Below, one piece after another: positions 34,561-47,841 of a stretch of DNA of 64,000 nucleotides. How positions within the stretch are numbered: the first letter of the stretch is position 1; each line of letters begins with the position of its first letter. The DNA comes from Veleropilina oligotropha (taxonomy: Eukaryota). The DNA is taken from NCBI GenBank assembly GCA_048128005.1, contig JBEUKZ010000111.1:310001-374000 (forward strand). Direction: 5' to 3'. The translations under genes were made by a program, and so were the position numbers. Below the pieces are notes generated by a model that was not told the origin of the DNA, did not search any database, and saw only the letters and a list, made by a program, of their open reading frames with translations.

Positions 34561-35045
34561 TTGAATGTCATTACGATTCTAATCTAAAGCTTCATAGATT
34601 TCATCGGTGGTTGATTGCATTTGCGACAACGAAATTGTGTTCGTATTTTTATTATTGTATCAACGAAGAAGTCGCTAAAAATTGTGGGAAGCGATTCCTC
34701 TTGATAATCAGTTGGCAGTGGAGTTGACTTATTCCATTGTAACAGATCTTTGGTGGCATTAGAGAGCTTCTTTTGATCATCTTTCGAGTTAATGACTTTG
34801 TTTGAGAAAAATTCTTATTTTCTTTACTCTTTGGTATCTAAATATACTTATTCTCATTCCCTATTCGCTGTGTCATGGACTAGTCGACTGTTTTAACTGC
34901 TATAATCTTATTTCAGTAACTACTGTATTACTTCATGTTTTATTTTATATGACGTTGTTTCAATATGTTTATTAATATAATCTATGTGGTGTACATCGCT
35001 TTTGAACGTGCTTTTATGTATGAAAAGACCGCTTTATAAATAAGG

Positions 35046-35082
<37 letters not shown>

Positions 35083-37134
35083 ATCAATATGCGAAACAAC
35101 CTTCAACGACGCAATTGGGCCCCAATATCAGATGTAGTCGCATGACCAGGATAAGCTGCAAGAGTGCCGCGTGTGCGAAAACAAATATACCACATCGAGT
35201 CAACCCGAACAGCACCTGCGTCTTCACTCTATGGTGTACTGTTGACGCCAATTAACGATTCGCTTCCAGGGGCGAGTAATCGGTTCAAAATACCCTACAA
35301 GTTAAATTTGTTTTCATAAATAAATCATTAAAAAGCATCGTACACGAAGACCATATCTTGGTCACCATCATCGTCACTCTAGACCAAACATATGCATTTA
35401 GCGAAAATCATGATTAAGTAGTCTGAACATCAACGTTAGACATGAACAGCACAGTATTCCGACTCTCAACATTTTCCAAAACGGCATCTGACTAACGCAA
35501 AGTTTCTGAGGTGCACCATTAAGATACATCAAATCTCTTGATGTTGTCATAATGAAATAATAAACTATATATAGACATGAGAAAACATTGGCAAACAACT
35601 ATTTACAAATACAAGGCAATATCAGTAAAGGGTAATGCTAGTAAAACACTTCACGGTTCAAATAAGTGGATGCACTCGGTAATTGTCACAAAAGTAACTC
35701 CCATAAATCTCGAATAAAAAATATAAAAATAAAAACGCATCCCCCACAGCGAATCTCCCTGAAATCTTAGTACATGTCACCTAACGCAACAACCACGACT
35801 GCTAGGTACCATAATCATATATAACGCACGTTAAATCAACCGGAAATGCTAATAAATCCCTCCTAGCGCACGTTAACTCAACCGGAAATTATACTAAATC
35901 CCACCGCGCGCTGGGCGGCGCACCATCCTGACCAACCAACTGACACCAAGACATGGTGAAACGAACTGTCAGCAAACAGATAAACTGTCGCAAACCCCAA
36001 GCAGCATCATCGTCAAAGTCAAATTCGACAAGCACGTGATCACGCAATCACGCGCACCAATGGTCTCACGTGACCAACAACACGACAGATGGAACGGTAG
36101 AGGGCCTAGTTGTCGATCACGCAGACCACGTCAAGGCAAACCTGTTTCACCAAAGTCACACACAAACCGACCGATGTTACGTCTCTTCGGATAGTAATGT
36201 TAAACGCTTCCACAATAACCTGGAAAGAGTGGTCAATGCAACATAGAAAATGTATATATGAGTCTGCCACCACTATAATGCATATAACCACCCAATCCAG
36301 TCAAACATGGAAGCTAAGCGAAGCAGATTCCTACGAAAATATATTGCGAGTGCAGATCCAGCCATTTCCACCGTGACGAACAACCCCAGAGAAAAACTCG
36401 ACCAGTTTCCAAAAATGAAACATTTGCGTCCTTGAGTTGTTCTCTGTACAAATATAACAACATGTATTGAAAACTAATATATATTCATTTATTCACTCTT
36501 ATCACAAAAATATTTAGGCAGGGCGTACACAATCCCGACACAGTGACAATTTGCAACACGATTCGTTAATATATTTATAATCTTAATTCTAACATTGAAA
36601 TGTTTCGATATCAATACTTTGTGACTGGAAATCAAACAGCGACTAAACTAAATAATTTAGTGAAGAACACGGTGAGAAAAACGTAGTTACAGATTCGATA
36701 ATAATGAATATTTGAACGTATAACTCCAGTAGTAAAATATAAGGTTATACATTAACCTCACAACCGGCAGAATATAAGTGCCGTAAATCGTGTACTCTTA
36801 TCTTGCAACCATAACTAGTATCCGCAGTCGATCTACCCGTCGGCGAAATCTACTACAAGGATACCATCGTTATGCAACCATGATGGGTCTACTTCCGATC
36901 TTGCATGTAAGTATATAACTCAATCCACCTGAAGAGCCACTGGTAAATGGTCTCAAACTTGCTTAGTATAGAGACGGTACGGAATTCTAGAAGGTATAAC
37001 CTTCAACCTGTACAATCAAAGATCACAAGATCCATATAAATAACCCGGAACCATACCAATAGTTAAGTAAATACTACCCCGCGTAATGAATTTAATTAGA
37101 AAAGAATATAATCCACTCATAATGAATTTATCCT

Positions 37135-37393
37135 AAACGCGAGAGAGCGAAAGAAAGTACGAACCGAGGGAGCGAGAACGCGAAAGTACGAAGCGAGGGA
37201 GCGAGAATGCGAAACGAGGGAGAGAAAGTACTTTCGCTCCCTCGCTTCGTATTCTCGCTCCTTCGACCTAAACGCGAAGGAGCGAGGGAGCGAAAATACG
37301 AAGCGAGGGGCGAGAACGCGAGGGAGCGAGAACGCAAAAGTACGAAGCGAGGGAGCGAGAGTACATTCGCTCTCTCGCGTTCTCGCTTCGTAC
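37135..37393. repeat. MITE-like cluster of GAGGGAGCGAGA motifs in both orientations
   Basis: Direct and inverted copies of CGAAGCGAGGGAGCGAGAACGCG. Confidence 0.6.
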
Positions 37394-37923
37394 ATTAAGC
37401 TGTGTATATTCCATAGGCATTAGGGTCAGTATTAGTAAGCAGGGTTTGTTACCATTATAATATGTTTCAGTCTTACATGAAGTGCTTGCCGAGATGGCGT
37501 TGAAGTGCACATTCAGAATCTAACCCGTGTCTCTATTTCTGGCACCCATCATTTATGTGGCTCTGTATAGAACATGGCAGTGAATATCCAGTGGAGTCTG
37601 GTCACTTCAGGAGGTGGTGCCCACCTAAAAATGCAACTTGCCATCTAATCATTAATATGGAATTCTGGGAGTAATTAGGATTTATATATGTGATCTACTA
37701 TGCTTATTTCCTAACGTAGCATCACATCATTTGATTTGACTTTTAGCTACCCATTTTAATAGCTATAGGCGTAATTTTTATCCTAGCTGCCTCGGTGAGT
37801 GAGTGGTTCGTGTTGGTGTGTCGGTGACCGAATCGAACCCGTTAGGTGGGAAAGCGTAGGAACCCAGCCGGCTCATTGTACCGCTTAAAATAATACAAGA
37901 TATGTCGGATATCTTAAACCAGG

Positions 37924-38411
37924 TGGTTTGAATTTCGAACGTGCGCAGAAACTCACTTGGGTTATCGCCCTTGACTGATTGAATGAGTCACTGAAGCGAC
38001 CGTCCATTTTGTGAACGGACGTGGTTGCAGGGCACATGATTGCAAATCCATCGGCATCGTGGTGCTGTTTGCCAATAACGCGGAGATTAAACTCTTCAGG
38101 TATTATATATTGCATATGTAGTATGATTTAGTAATATTTGTTGCATTTAGTAATTTAATATAGTTTAGTAGCGCTGTTGCGTGTATAGGTTATTTAACTT
38201 TAAATTGTGGCATAAGTATAAAGTAACAAATATATTGTTGTTCACATGGCTATTTGCTAAGATGTGTCCGGATGTAATTATATAATGAACTTATGAAGCA
38301 TTATTGTATTTTGCAGAACATACGCTGTCCTGTTTTATGCGCTATCAATAAATGGGACTGTTCGTAAATATCTCCGTTGGTTATTAGTTCTTGGATTCGC
38401 TATTTTTACCA
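37924..38411 (+). repeat. 5' LTR
   Basis: Nearly identical to 44029-44571 except a ~55-bp indel and about two substitutions. Confidence 0.93.
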
Positions 38412-38609
38412 TAATTTCTGAAGAGGAAAAATCGAGTCATCGTGCCGACTTAGAGGCAATTTAGTTCCGACTGGTACCGTGGTAAATACCTAGGAATCCA
38501 GTGAACCATGTCTAGTTCTGAGGACGATATGGATAGCGTCATCGTGCCGACTTAGAGGCAATTTAGTTCAGACTGGTACCGTGGTAGATACCTAGGAATA
38601 CAGTGAACT

Positions 38610-41600
38610 ATGTCTAGTTCTGAGGACGATATGGATAGCGTCAGTCAAGTGACTAAAGAGGCTCAGTCTGCCAGTGAAGACGTCATTCGAATGAAAAATA
38701 AGCGTCAACAACTTCGTTCAAAGATTACACGAGCGAGAAATCGTCTGCATTTAATGATAGACGATGATAACCAAAACGAAAGGCGAATCAAAAGGGTTTT
38801 AGAGGAAATCAAATCTGATTTCTCGCAAGCATGTGAAGTTCATGGTGAGCTTTACAATCACGTCCATCGTGATCAAACGGCACGCTTGGACCAATGGGAA
38901 GTCGATCTATCGAACGAAGTGTACGATATCGAAGATAAAGTATCCGATTTTTTGTCGTCGATTACCGTGCAAGCCGAATCATCGAGAACTCGAATCGTTG
39001 AACGAGAGACAACCACATCCAGGGTTGACGTCAGCAGCTCGTTATCTGTTTCTGGTGTCTTCCGTGACGAGTCGCAAGATGTGCCACCAGTGGCACCTGA
39101 TCATCAGCATTCTCAAGCCGGAGAGATATCGCAATCTCACCAACAACCATTGTTTGTGTCGGACAGCACTGGACGTAACGTGGCACGGTTCGACAAATGG
39201 ATTGACGATCTGGTCGAGTTCGCAGAAACTGTGCACGTGGTTCCGATAAGTGATATGTCAATAAGTGAGGCGTTATATAAGCTGGAAGCAAGCAAAGACA
39301 TTCCAACAATTAAATTAGAAATATTTAATGGAAATGCCCTTAGTTATGTAGATTTTATTGAAAGATTTAAGATCCATATTCATGATAAAATGCATTTAAG
39401 CGATGACATGCGTATGATTCAATTGCGCATGCATACGTCAGGTGAGGCGGAGCGTGCCATTTCTGGACTCGGTTCCAGCGGAATCATGTATGTGACCGCA
39501 TTAAAATGTTTAAAAGATCAATTTGGTCAATATAGCGCCATTTCACGTGCATGTTTGAAACGTTTAACAATAGGTTTGAGAATTGCTGCGAACGATAGAC
39601 AGAGCTTACGTGACTTTTCATTAGACATTATTCATTGTCTAGCCACATTCCGTAGAATAGGTTATTGTGCAGATGCAAATGCCAGTGAAAATCTAAGAAA
39701 GGTTATTGGGCGTTTACCAGACTTCATGATTAATAAATGGAAGGTTATTGTGGTAGATGTAAGGGAAAGGGGTAGAATCCCAACCTTAGATGAAATCAGC
39801 AGTTTCATAAGAAAACAAGTGAAAGCAGAATTTGACCCCGAATTTGGTGACCTTGAGCAGGGTGGTAAATTAGAGCATCGTCAAGGTTATAGAGATAAAA
39901 GGAAGGGCATTCATGCAGCGCAAGAGCATGTACAAACAGGTAAGGGTCAATTAAAGTGCTATGTTTGTTTGGCAGATCACAGAGTTACTGTCTGCCCTAC
40001 ATTCTTGGATTCGCTAGCTGAAGAGAGACTCCAGCTTGCAAAGGAGCACAGGCTTTGTTTCTCCTGCCTGACTCGAGGACATTGTTCGTCGGCCTTGCGG
40101 TCTAAGCGAAGATGCAGTAAGTCAGGATGTGATCAGTCCCATCATTCATTATTGCATGTCGACATTCCTCAGGTAAGTGGAGTTTCTTCTATATTAGATA
40201 GGAATGGTATCATGCCTGTTGTCAGGGTTGCTTTTAGATCCCCTACTGGAAGAATTCGTGAAGGAAACGTGTTGATTGACAGTGGTGCGCGGACTACTGT
40301 CATCCGGAGCGATTTTGCCAAATCTTTAGGTTTGCAGGGCAGGAAAGAACGTTTAAATATTTCGGTTGTAGGCGGCGAGAAGCTGGAGCAGCCCGAGAGC
40401 AGACGTCTGAGTTTTTTTATTTCTCCTATAGGTGGTGGAGAAGAGCACCGTATAGAGGCTCATGAAATAGATAAAACCATCCTCAGTGTTCCCCCTTTGA
40501 ATAGAGAATGGTTGAAGTCGCTTTCTCATTTGAAAGATATCGATTTCCCCCACAAAGCTGGACCTGTTGATCTTATTTTAGGTGTCCAATACAGCCACCT
40601 TCATGTGGATAATGACAAGCGTCAGGGTTTGCCCTTTGAACCCATAGCCAAGCAAACTCGGTTGGGCTGGTGTGTTCTAGGGTCTGACAATGTGTCTGGT
40701 CTTTCATCCATTTGTTCGATTGGGTTTATTGAAAAAGTCAACCTTGATACATTTTATGCACTGGAGACACTTGGTGTTCAAGCACCCGACTGCTCATGTG
40801 AGGCGAAGGCTATGTCCCCTGACGACAGACGAACTATGGAGTTGTTTAAAGAGTCGTGCAAAAAGGAAGGTGACCGTTATGTTATTGGGCTACCTTGGAA
40901 ATGTGATCCATCGTTGCTTCAAGATAATTTTACGGTTGCAGAGAAACGTCTCTTTTCTCTTGAGAAAAGTTTATTGAAAAGCCCAGAAAGGGCCAAGTTG
41001 TATGATAATGCCATCAATGAGTACCTAAAACATGGTTGGGCGGTAGAATTAACTGCAGAAGAATTGGCATCTAACATTAAGCCAGTTTATTACCTTCCTC
41101 ATCATGGAATTTATCGTCTGGAAAAGAAGAGTACACCACTCAGAGTTGTATTTGATCCAGCTTGTTTGTTCAAGGGTGTGTGTTTGAACTCTTACTTACA
41201 TAAGGGACCATGTTTGATTGGTAATTTGCTTGGAGTTTTGTTGCGGTTTAGAGAGCGGAATGTTGCATTCACAGGCGACATATCCAAAATGTATCTACAG
41301 ATTCTTTTGCCCGAATCTGATACACATGTACATAGATTTCTTTGGCGAAATTTGGATTCAGAGGTTGAACCCAAAATACATAGATTATTGCGAGTCACTT
41401 TTGGCGATAAACCATCGCCAGATATGGCAAGTTACGTCATATTGCACATGGCAGATGAGATGGCGAAAGAGTTCCCACAAGCAGCAGATATTCTTAGGCG
41501 TGATCGCTATGTTGACGATCTCGTACATTCCTGTGCCACTGAAGAAGAGGCGCTAAAAAGAATGGGAGATTTAGATAAAATTCTCTCGACAGGAGGTTTC

Positions 41601-43991
41601 AAAATTAAGAAATGGTTTTGTTCATCTAATCTTCAGCATGATAGTGCTGTTGAGATTAGCCTTGATAGAGAGGAGAATGTCAAGACATTGGGTGTGGTGT
41701 GGCGTCCAGGTGTGGACACCATTAGGTTTCAGGTAAAGGATGCTGATCTGATGCATTTCACTAAAAGAAGTGTTTTGTCTCGTATTTCAGCAATCTATGA
41801 TCCACTTGGTCTGGCTTCTGTGGTGACTATTAAGGCACGTGTTGCTATTCAAGACATTTGGAGAATCAAGGATTTGGATTGGGATACTCCTCTTCCCCAG
41901 GAGATGTGTATTTTGTGGCAGCATCTGCTACAAGACATAGAAGGTTTGAGAGGAATAGAGTTTCCTCGGAGTTTGATACCCCCAAACGCAATTGGTTGTT
42001 CTGAACTTCATGTGTTTGCAGATGCAAGTGCTTCTGCGTATGGTGCAGTGGCATATCTTTTATGGCCAACATGTAATGGATCGGAAGTAAGATTGGTTTC
42101 AGCTAAGGCTAGAGTGGCGCCATTGAGACAAACAACAATTCCTCGTCTCGAGTTGATGGCAGCTCTGATTGCCAGTAGACTTGCAAAGACCATCGTCGAA
42201 GAATTTCAGGATAAGCCGGAGAAAGTTGTGCTTTGGACAGATTCTCGGATTGTTCTTCATTGGCTTAGAAAGGAGTCGTTGAAGATGAAGCCATTTGTAG
42301 GTGTTCGTATTGCAGAGATTCAGTCTTTTGGGGAGTCTGATGTTTGGAGATTTGTGCCGACGGATCTTAATCCAGCCGATGATCTAAGTAGAGGTCTTCC
42401 TGTCAAGGAAATCACTGGACGTTGGACATGTGGTCCGTCCTTTCTGCGACAACCAAGGGAAGAGTGGCCTGTTTTGGAAATAAAGGCACCGGCAACAGAC
42501 AATGAGATAAAGAAACCAAAACCGGTTTGTATGATTTCTCGGTTAGCTCCAGTCATTGATCCTTCCAAGTTTTCTGATTGGAAGAAATTAGTTCGAGTGA
42601 CGGCTTATGTGTTTCGTTTCATTAACAACATTCGAAGAAGATCTGGTAACTTCAACGAAAAACGTAAACAGGAAGAGCTTCAACCCGATGAGGTAGTCAA
42701 AGCAGAGAAGCATTGGCTTTTGGTAGCACAGCAAGACTTAGTGGATTGGGAGAGTCGTCATAAAGATTTGACACCGTTTGTTAATGAAGACATTGTTAGA
42801 GTCGGAGGAAGACTACGGAGGTCTCCACTCACATATGATCAGGTCCATCCGATTTTGCTTCCAGCAGGGCATTATATTTCCAGGTTGATTATGAGAGACA
42901 CGCATGAGAAGATGGGTCATAACGGACAAGCAAGAACTCTTGATGAGAGTCGTCGAAAGGTTTGGATAATTAGGGGACGCAGTATGGCTAAATCTGTTGT
43001 TCGATCATGCGTTGTTTGTAGGAAATTGCGCCAGCCACCGCACACAACGTTAATGGCTGATCTACCACCGGAGAGAATGCAGCCATTTTCACCACCATTT
43101 CAGGTTACTGGTGTAGACCTGTTTGGCCCGTTTCTTCTCAAGTATGGTAGAAATAAGTCCACAAAGGCATGGGGCGCACTATTTACTTGTGCAACTGTAA
43201 GGGCAGTCCATTTGGAGATTGTTGATGGACTTTCCTCTTCCGCTTTCTTGCATGCCTTTCGCCGATTTGCTTCTCATCATGGTTGGCCAAGTACTGTGAT
43301 CTCAGATAATGGTACATCATTTGTTGGGGCAGAAAAGGAACTGAGGAAATTGGTTTACGATGATAAACATCACCTTGAAGAGTTTGCTTCTTCTCATGGC
43401 TTCAAGTGGAAATTTATAACTCCATTGAGTCCACATCAAGGCGGTATGTATGAGAGTCTTATAAAGCAAGTAAAACGTGGAATACAAGTGGCCATTGGTC
43501 AACAGTTGTTGACCTGGAATGAAATGTCAACAGTCTTCGCAGAGGTAGAGTCGCTCATAAACTCGCGACCTATTGGATTCTCATCAAATAGTCCAGACGA
43601 TTTAAGACCATTGACACCTAATCATTTTTTGTTAGGTCGAGCTAGTGCAGACATTCCCCAAGGCCCTTTCCAAGAGACCAAGAATTTGCTCAAGCGTTTC
43701 GAGTTTGTACAGGCATTAGTTTTTCAGTTTTGGAAACGATTTGTAAGAGAATACGTTCCCTCTTTAATGAAGCGTGTTAAGTGGCAGAGCAAAGGTCGAC
43801 AAATGAAGGTAGGTGACATAGTGTTGCTCACGGATCCAGATGTACCAAGAGGTAAGTGGTCTATGGCTCGAATTTTAAATGTTCATCCAGGGAGTGATGG
43901 TATTGTCAGAAATGTTACAGTTAGAACAAAGTCAGGAGAGTACAGACGTTCGATACAGCGGTGCTGTCTAATTCTTGAAATGGCAGATTAA
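38610..43991 (+). CDS. BEL/Pao Gag-Pol polyprotein (1793 aa)
   Basis: Gag Cys/His knuckles, protease LIDSGA, RT YLPHH/GDISKMY/YVDD, RNase H HVFADAS/IPRLEL, integrase GVDLFGP/SDNGTSF. Confidence 0.95.
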   Translation: MSSSEDDMDSVSQVTKEAQSASEDVIRMKNKRQQLRSKITRARNRLHLMIDDDNQNERRIKRVLEEIKSDFSQACEVHGELYNHVHRDQTARLDQWEVDLSNEVYDIEDKVSDFLSSITVQAESSRTRIVERETTTSRVDVSSSLSVSGVFRDESQDVPPVAPDHQHSQAGEISQSHQQPLFVSDSTGRNVARFDKWIDDLVEFAETVHVVPISDMSISEALYKLEASKDIPTIKLEIFNGNALSYVDFIERFKIHIHDKMHLSDDMRMIQLRMHTSGEAERAISGLGSSGIMYVTALKCLKDQFGQYSAISRACLKRLTIGLRIAANDRQSLRDFSLDIIHCLATFRRIGYCADANASENLRKVIGRLPDFMINKWKVIVVDVRERGRIPTLDEISSFIRKQVKAEFDPEFGDLEQGGKLEHRQGYRDKRKGIHAAQEHVQTGKGQLKCYVCLADHRVTVCPTFLDSLAEERLQLAKEHRLCFSCLTRGHCSSALRSKRRCSKSGCDQSHHSLLHVDIPQVSGVSSILDRNGIMPVVRVAFRSPTGRIREGNVLIDSGARTTVIRSDFAKSLGLQGRKERLNISVVGGEKLEQPESRRLSFFISPIGGGEEHRIEAHEIDKTILSVPPLNREWLKSLSHLKDIDFPHKAGPVDLILGVQYSHLHVDNDKRQGLPFEPIAKQTRLGWCVLGSDNVSGLSSICSIGFIEKVNLDTFYALETLGVQAPDCSCEAKAMSPDDRRTMELFKESCKKEGDRYVIGLPWKCDPSLLQDNFTVAEKRLFSLEKSLLKSPERAKLYDNAINEYLKHGWAVELTAEELASNIKPVYYLPHHGIYRLEKKSTPLRVVFDPACLFKGVCLNSYLHKGPCLIGNLLGVLLRFRERNVAFTGDISKMYLQILLPESDTHVHRFLWRNLDSEVEPKIHRLLRVTFGDKPSPDMASYVILHMADEMAKEFPQAADILRRDRYVDDLVHSCATEEEALKRMGDLDKILSTGGFKIKKWFCSSNLQHDSAVEISLDREENVKTLGVVWRPGVDTIRFQVKDADLMHFTKRSVLSRISAIYDPLGLASVVTIKARVAIQDIWRIKDLDWDTPLPQEMCILWQHLLQDIEGLRGIEFPRSLIPPNAIGCSELHVFADASASAYGAVAYLLWPTCNGSEVRLVSAKARVAPLRQTTIPRLELMAALIASRLAKTIVEEFQDKPEKVVLWTDSRIVLHWLRKESLKMKPFVGVRIAEIQSFGESDVWRFVPTDLNPADDLSRGLPVKEITGRWTCGPSFLRQPREEWPVLEIKAPATDNEIKKPKPVCMISRLAPVIDPSKFSDWKKLVRVTAYVFRFINNIRRRSGNFNEKRKQEELQPDEVVKAEKHWLLVAQQDLVDWESRHKDLTPFVNEDIVRVGGRLRRSPLTYDQVHPILLPAGHYISRLIMRDTHEKMGHNGQARTLDESRRKVWIIRGRSMAKSVVRSCVVCRKLRQPPHTTLMADLPPERMQPFSPPFQVTGVDLFGPFLLKYGRNKSTKAWGALFTCATVRAVHLEIVDGLSSSAFLHAFRRFASHHGWPSTVISDNGTSFVGAEKELRKLVYDDKHHLEEFASSHGFKWKFITPLSPHQGGMYESLIKQVKRGIQVAIGQQLLTWNEMSTVFAEVESLINSRPIGFSSNSPDDLRPLTPNHFLLGRASADIPQGPFQETKNLLKRFEFVQALVFQFWKRFVREYVPSLMKRVKWQSKGRQMKVGDIVLLTDPDVPRGKWSMARILNVHPGSDGIVRNVTVRTKSGEYRRSIQRCCLILEMAD

Positions 43992-44028
43992 TACACTGGC
44001 ACTTGCACTCTGTGTCGCCCCCTGAGGA

Positions 44029-44571
44029 TGTTTTGAATTTCGAACGTGCGCAGAAACTCACTTGGGTTATCGCCCTTGACTGATTGAATGAGTCACTGAA
44101 GCGACCGTCCATTTTGTGAACGGACGTGGTTGCAGGGCACACGATTGCAAATCCATCGGCATCGTGGTGCTGTTTGCCAATAACGCGGAGATTAAACTCT
44201 TCAGGTATTATATATTGCATATGTAGTATGATTTAGTAATATTTGTTGCATTTAGTAATTTAATATAGTTTAGTAGCGCTGTTGCGTGTATAGGTTATTT
44301 AACTTTAAATTGTGGCATAAGTATAAAGTAATGTGATATCGTCTCATATTAAACATGACTGATTTGGTAGTATTGTTGCGAGTATATATATATATTGTTG
44401 TTCACATGGCTATTTGCTAAGATGTGTCCGGATGTAATTATATAATGAACTTATGAAGCATTATTGTATTTTGCAGAACATACGCTGTCCTGTTTTATGC
44501 GCTATCAATAAATGGGACTGTTCGTAAATATCTCCGTTGGTTATTAGTTCTTGGATTCGCTATTTTTACCA
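44029..44571 (+). repeat. 3' LTR
   Basis: Direct repeat of the 5' LTR. Confidence 0.93.
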
Positions 44572-45973
44572 CCAGGTGTAATGACTGCGATAAGCCTGAA
44601 CAATTGCCAAAAGTGGCCGTAAAACAAAGTTGTCAACCAACCATATGATATTGAGATGATCATGGCATGAATATCTATGGTGAAACCTAACTGCCTCTGT
44701 CGGTTATGCACTACCATGACTGACTGATAACTCTTGGGTGCAGTTAAATGGTAATCCAACCAAAACATCTGAAACAGACCAGTTATAAGGTCTGAATTGA
44801 GGATTGATGATCTGTACTATTGTGTCACAGAGAATTTTGACATGGAGGGATCACGGAATGGATCTATTAGAATATACCATGCGGATGTACTTGTACGATG
44901 ATATCCTCTTTGATGGTCATCTGCATGTTGCCATTTTGTCATTTCAACGTGCTAATATGCTGGGAATTACTGGTCATATGACAAGGAATACCCTGTTATT
45001 TATATATTTATCATACGAAATCGCAACGAAAATCGTTGAGATACGATCAGATCCTATATCGACGATTTTCGTTGTGATTTTGTAAATGTCGCTGCGAATT
45101 TCGGATCGCGTCGGAAAGGCTCCGTGGCAATGCGTTGTTTCTAACATAACGAATATCGTTATAAAAATCGCTTGCGAAAATCACATCTGGTGTGAAAAGG
45201 CCCGTAGTCCATTCAATTCGATGGCAACATCATGTTCGCTAATTGTTTTCTCACCATGAACAACGACAAAGTCTAAAGGCTTCGTCATTAATTAATCTCT
45301 GGTGGTCAAAGACGATCGAAATAAATGTCTAGGAAAGATACCAGTGGCGTAAATAAATACATGATGTCTTTATCAACAGTATATAAGAGCCTAAAATTGT
45401 AATTGACTGTCCAATACATATATAAGATGTTTAATTTGTAAAGTACGTACATACAAACTTACAGACAAATACATTAGTGATGATTGCTTACATTTGTATC
45501 TTGTCTAATTTAATCCCTCTATGATCGTAACTAGACATGTCCCGGACACACATGGAGACTCCCCGCCTCGATCAACTACTGTGGCCGCTTTTGAGCCTAC
45601 AAATTCGAACCGAGCGGACTCGGTATTAGTGAATTGAGAGGAACAGTTGAAACGAAATGTTGTTTTTGTATTTCTACAAACTATATTAATATTCAGTTAT
45701 ATAAATAACTGTATTTATTACATAATGATATATCTTATAGAATATGGTGACCGATGTATGCTGTGAAAGGTAACTTTAAATGGAAGCTAATGCCCAAACA
45801 GTGGGTCGGATGCACTCCAGTTAAGAAGAGTGATCAGAGAAGCTTTATTTTCCGGGATTGTCTTCCATCTGAACAATGAACATATCATTGTACGAACCTG
45901 AGCGTTGTTAAAACAGAGGACATTTAGCAACTCTCGACATCCCCGACTTAATAAAATTCACATAAAGGGCCAA

Positions 45974-46395
45974 TACGACAGGACATCAAGACGACGAAAC
46001 GACAAGATACCAATCGACAGGACTACGTGACGAGAGGACGACATGGCGTCAAGACGACGAAACGACAAGATACCAATCGACAGGACTACGTCACGAGAGG
46101 ACGACAAAACGGCAGGACGTCAAGACGACATGATGACAGGACGACAAGACAATAGGACGACGAAACGACAAGATACCAATCGGCAGGACTACGTTACGAC
46201 AGGACGACAAGATAGCAGGACGACAAGATGACAAAACGACCAGATGACAGGACGACAAGACAACAGGACGACAAAATACATAGGACGACAAAATACATAG
46301 GACGACAAGATGACAGGACGACAAGACGACAAAACGACAAGATGACAGGACGACAAGACAATAGGACGACAAAATAGAGCGAAAAGACGACAACG
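45974..46395. repeat. Degenerate ACGACAGG/ACGACAAG tandem array
   Basis: Seen directly. Confidence 0.85.
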
Positions 46396-47271
46396 TGAAT
46401 GCGCCAAGACTACAATAATTACAGTCTGTCATTTTATCGTTCTAGCGTGTTCAAGTTGTTGTCTTTTCTCATAATAATGTCGTCTTGTCGTTCTGCCGTC
46501 ACGGCATAAATGATCTACCATAATAGCTAGTATAAACGTAACGCGTTACAGGTCACAATACTATTATACTTGCAAAACCAGACAGACCATAATGTATTGA
46601 TATCATAACCGGGTTTGAATCCCTTAACTTTTCGGCCTTGTTAATGATATTTCATATCCAAACAATGACACTTCGGACGCGGTATAGATAAAATATCGCG
46701 AGAATATTATTACATTTATCTCGATGGTATATTTTATTCACATGCAAAATATTTTCAGGGTTACTATCCGAATGACGTATATCCTGATCGGGCGTCTTTA
46801 CGAGTACAAGGTGTACAAGATGTTCACTGATATGCCATGTTATTTTTCAACATATGCGATCGAAATGCGATAACTGTCTGGATTCACGAAGTTACAATAT
46901 ACTGCATTCTGTCATATATGCCGATACTGAAATATGTTCACGTTTACATTGTAAAGGGTTTATTAAGGTGGATGTTTTTCTTTCAAAACATAATAATTAG
47001 TGCCTAAAATTTAAAATAACGAGGAGTACATACTTCTTCATATCAGAGCCATATGATATCTTATTCGTCTAGACGGCATTAGTTGATAATGTAGCCGGTT
47101 CATTTGCACGTTTTGCACTAGGAACATCAGTTTTCCTCCAAAAGAAAACAACTTGGGCAACTTCCTCTCTGAATCCTGGACCAAGCATCAGAAACCAGAA
47201 TAAATTGCTGCAAGAATTAAACGTGAATAATATTCGGAAACCAAACATCATTCGCAGTAGGCCAGTTTGTC

Positions 47272-47841
47272 TTGTGGAACATTGAACAAACAATTGCAAC
47301 TGAAATGCCAGATAGCCAACATAAAACCGTTAGGGAAGTAGCCACGCACAACTACCTGAAAGCTGCAGCGAAACAACGAAGCAACTACGCTGCCAAATGT
47401 GAACCCATGCGAACGTATAGTGAAGGAGATACTGTTGGCGTTCGTATACATCAAGCGGATCGGACAAACACGGCTGCACGTCTTCTACCTTGCAAAGTCT
47501 TCAGGATCAAGGATGATGGTTCCACCAAAAGATATAAACTGTATTCAGCGACGGGTATTATCAAGAACTATTTTAGTTCGGAACAATTAGTTAATATGAG
47601 CAATGTCGTTTTTCCTGCGCTTCGAGTCGACGTTGAAAGTTTGAAGGAAGTGACATTCATCACTGCTTGTCGGAGCGGTGGAGACTGGACCGCCTCGGCT
47701 GAAACAGACCCATCAGTGTGTTCATGTAAAGGCAGTTGTGTAAACAATAGGTGTAAGTGCAAAAAGGCAGGTTTGAAGTGTTCAACTAAGTGCCATTCGT
47801 CAACTGTTAATGTGTGCCAAACAAGATGTGAAAAGCAGTGA
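47272..47841 (+). pseudogene. C-terminal fragment of a Ginger/KRBA2-SCAND3-like integrase-type transposase
   Basis: GDTVGV.I...DR, YKL....GII, terminal CSCKGSCVNNRCKCKKAGLKCSTKCH; catalytic core not seen. Confidence 0.55.

Larger units (their letters stand above)
37924..44571 (+). mobile_element. Full-length BEL/Pao LTR retrotransposon
   Basis: TG...CA LTRs at 37924-38411 and 44029-44571; CCAGG duplicated at 37919-37923 and 44572-44576; single intact gag-pol ORF. Confidence 0.95.
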
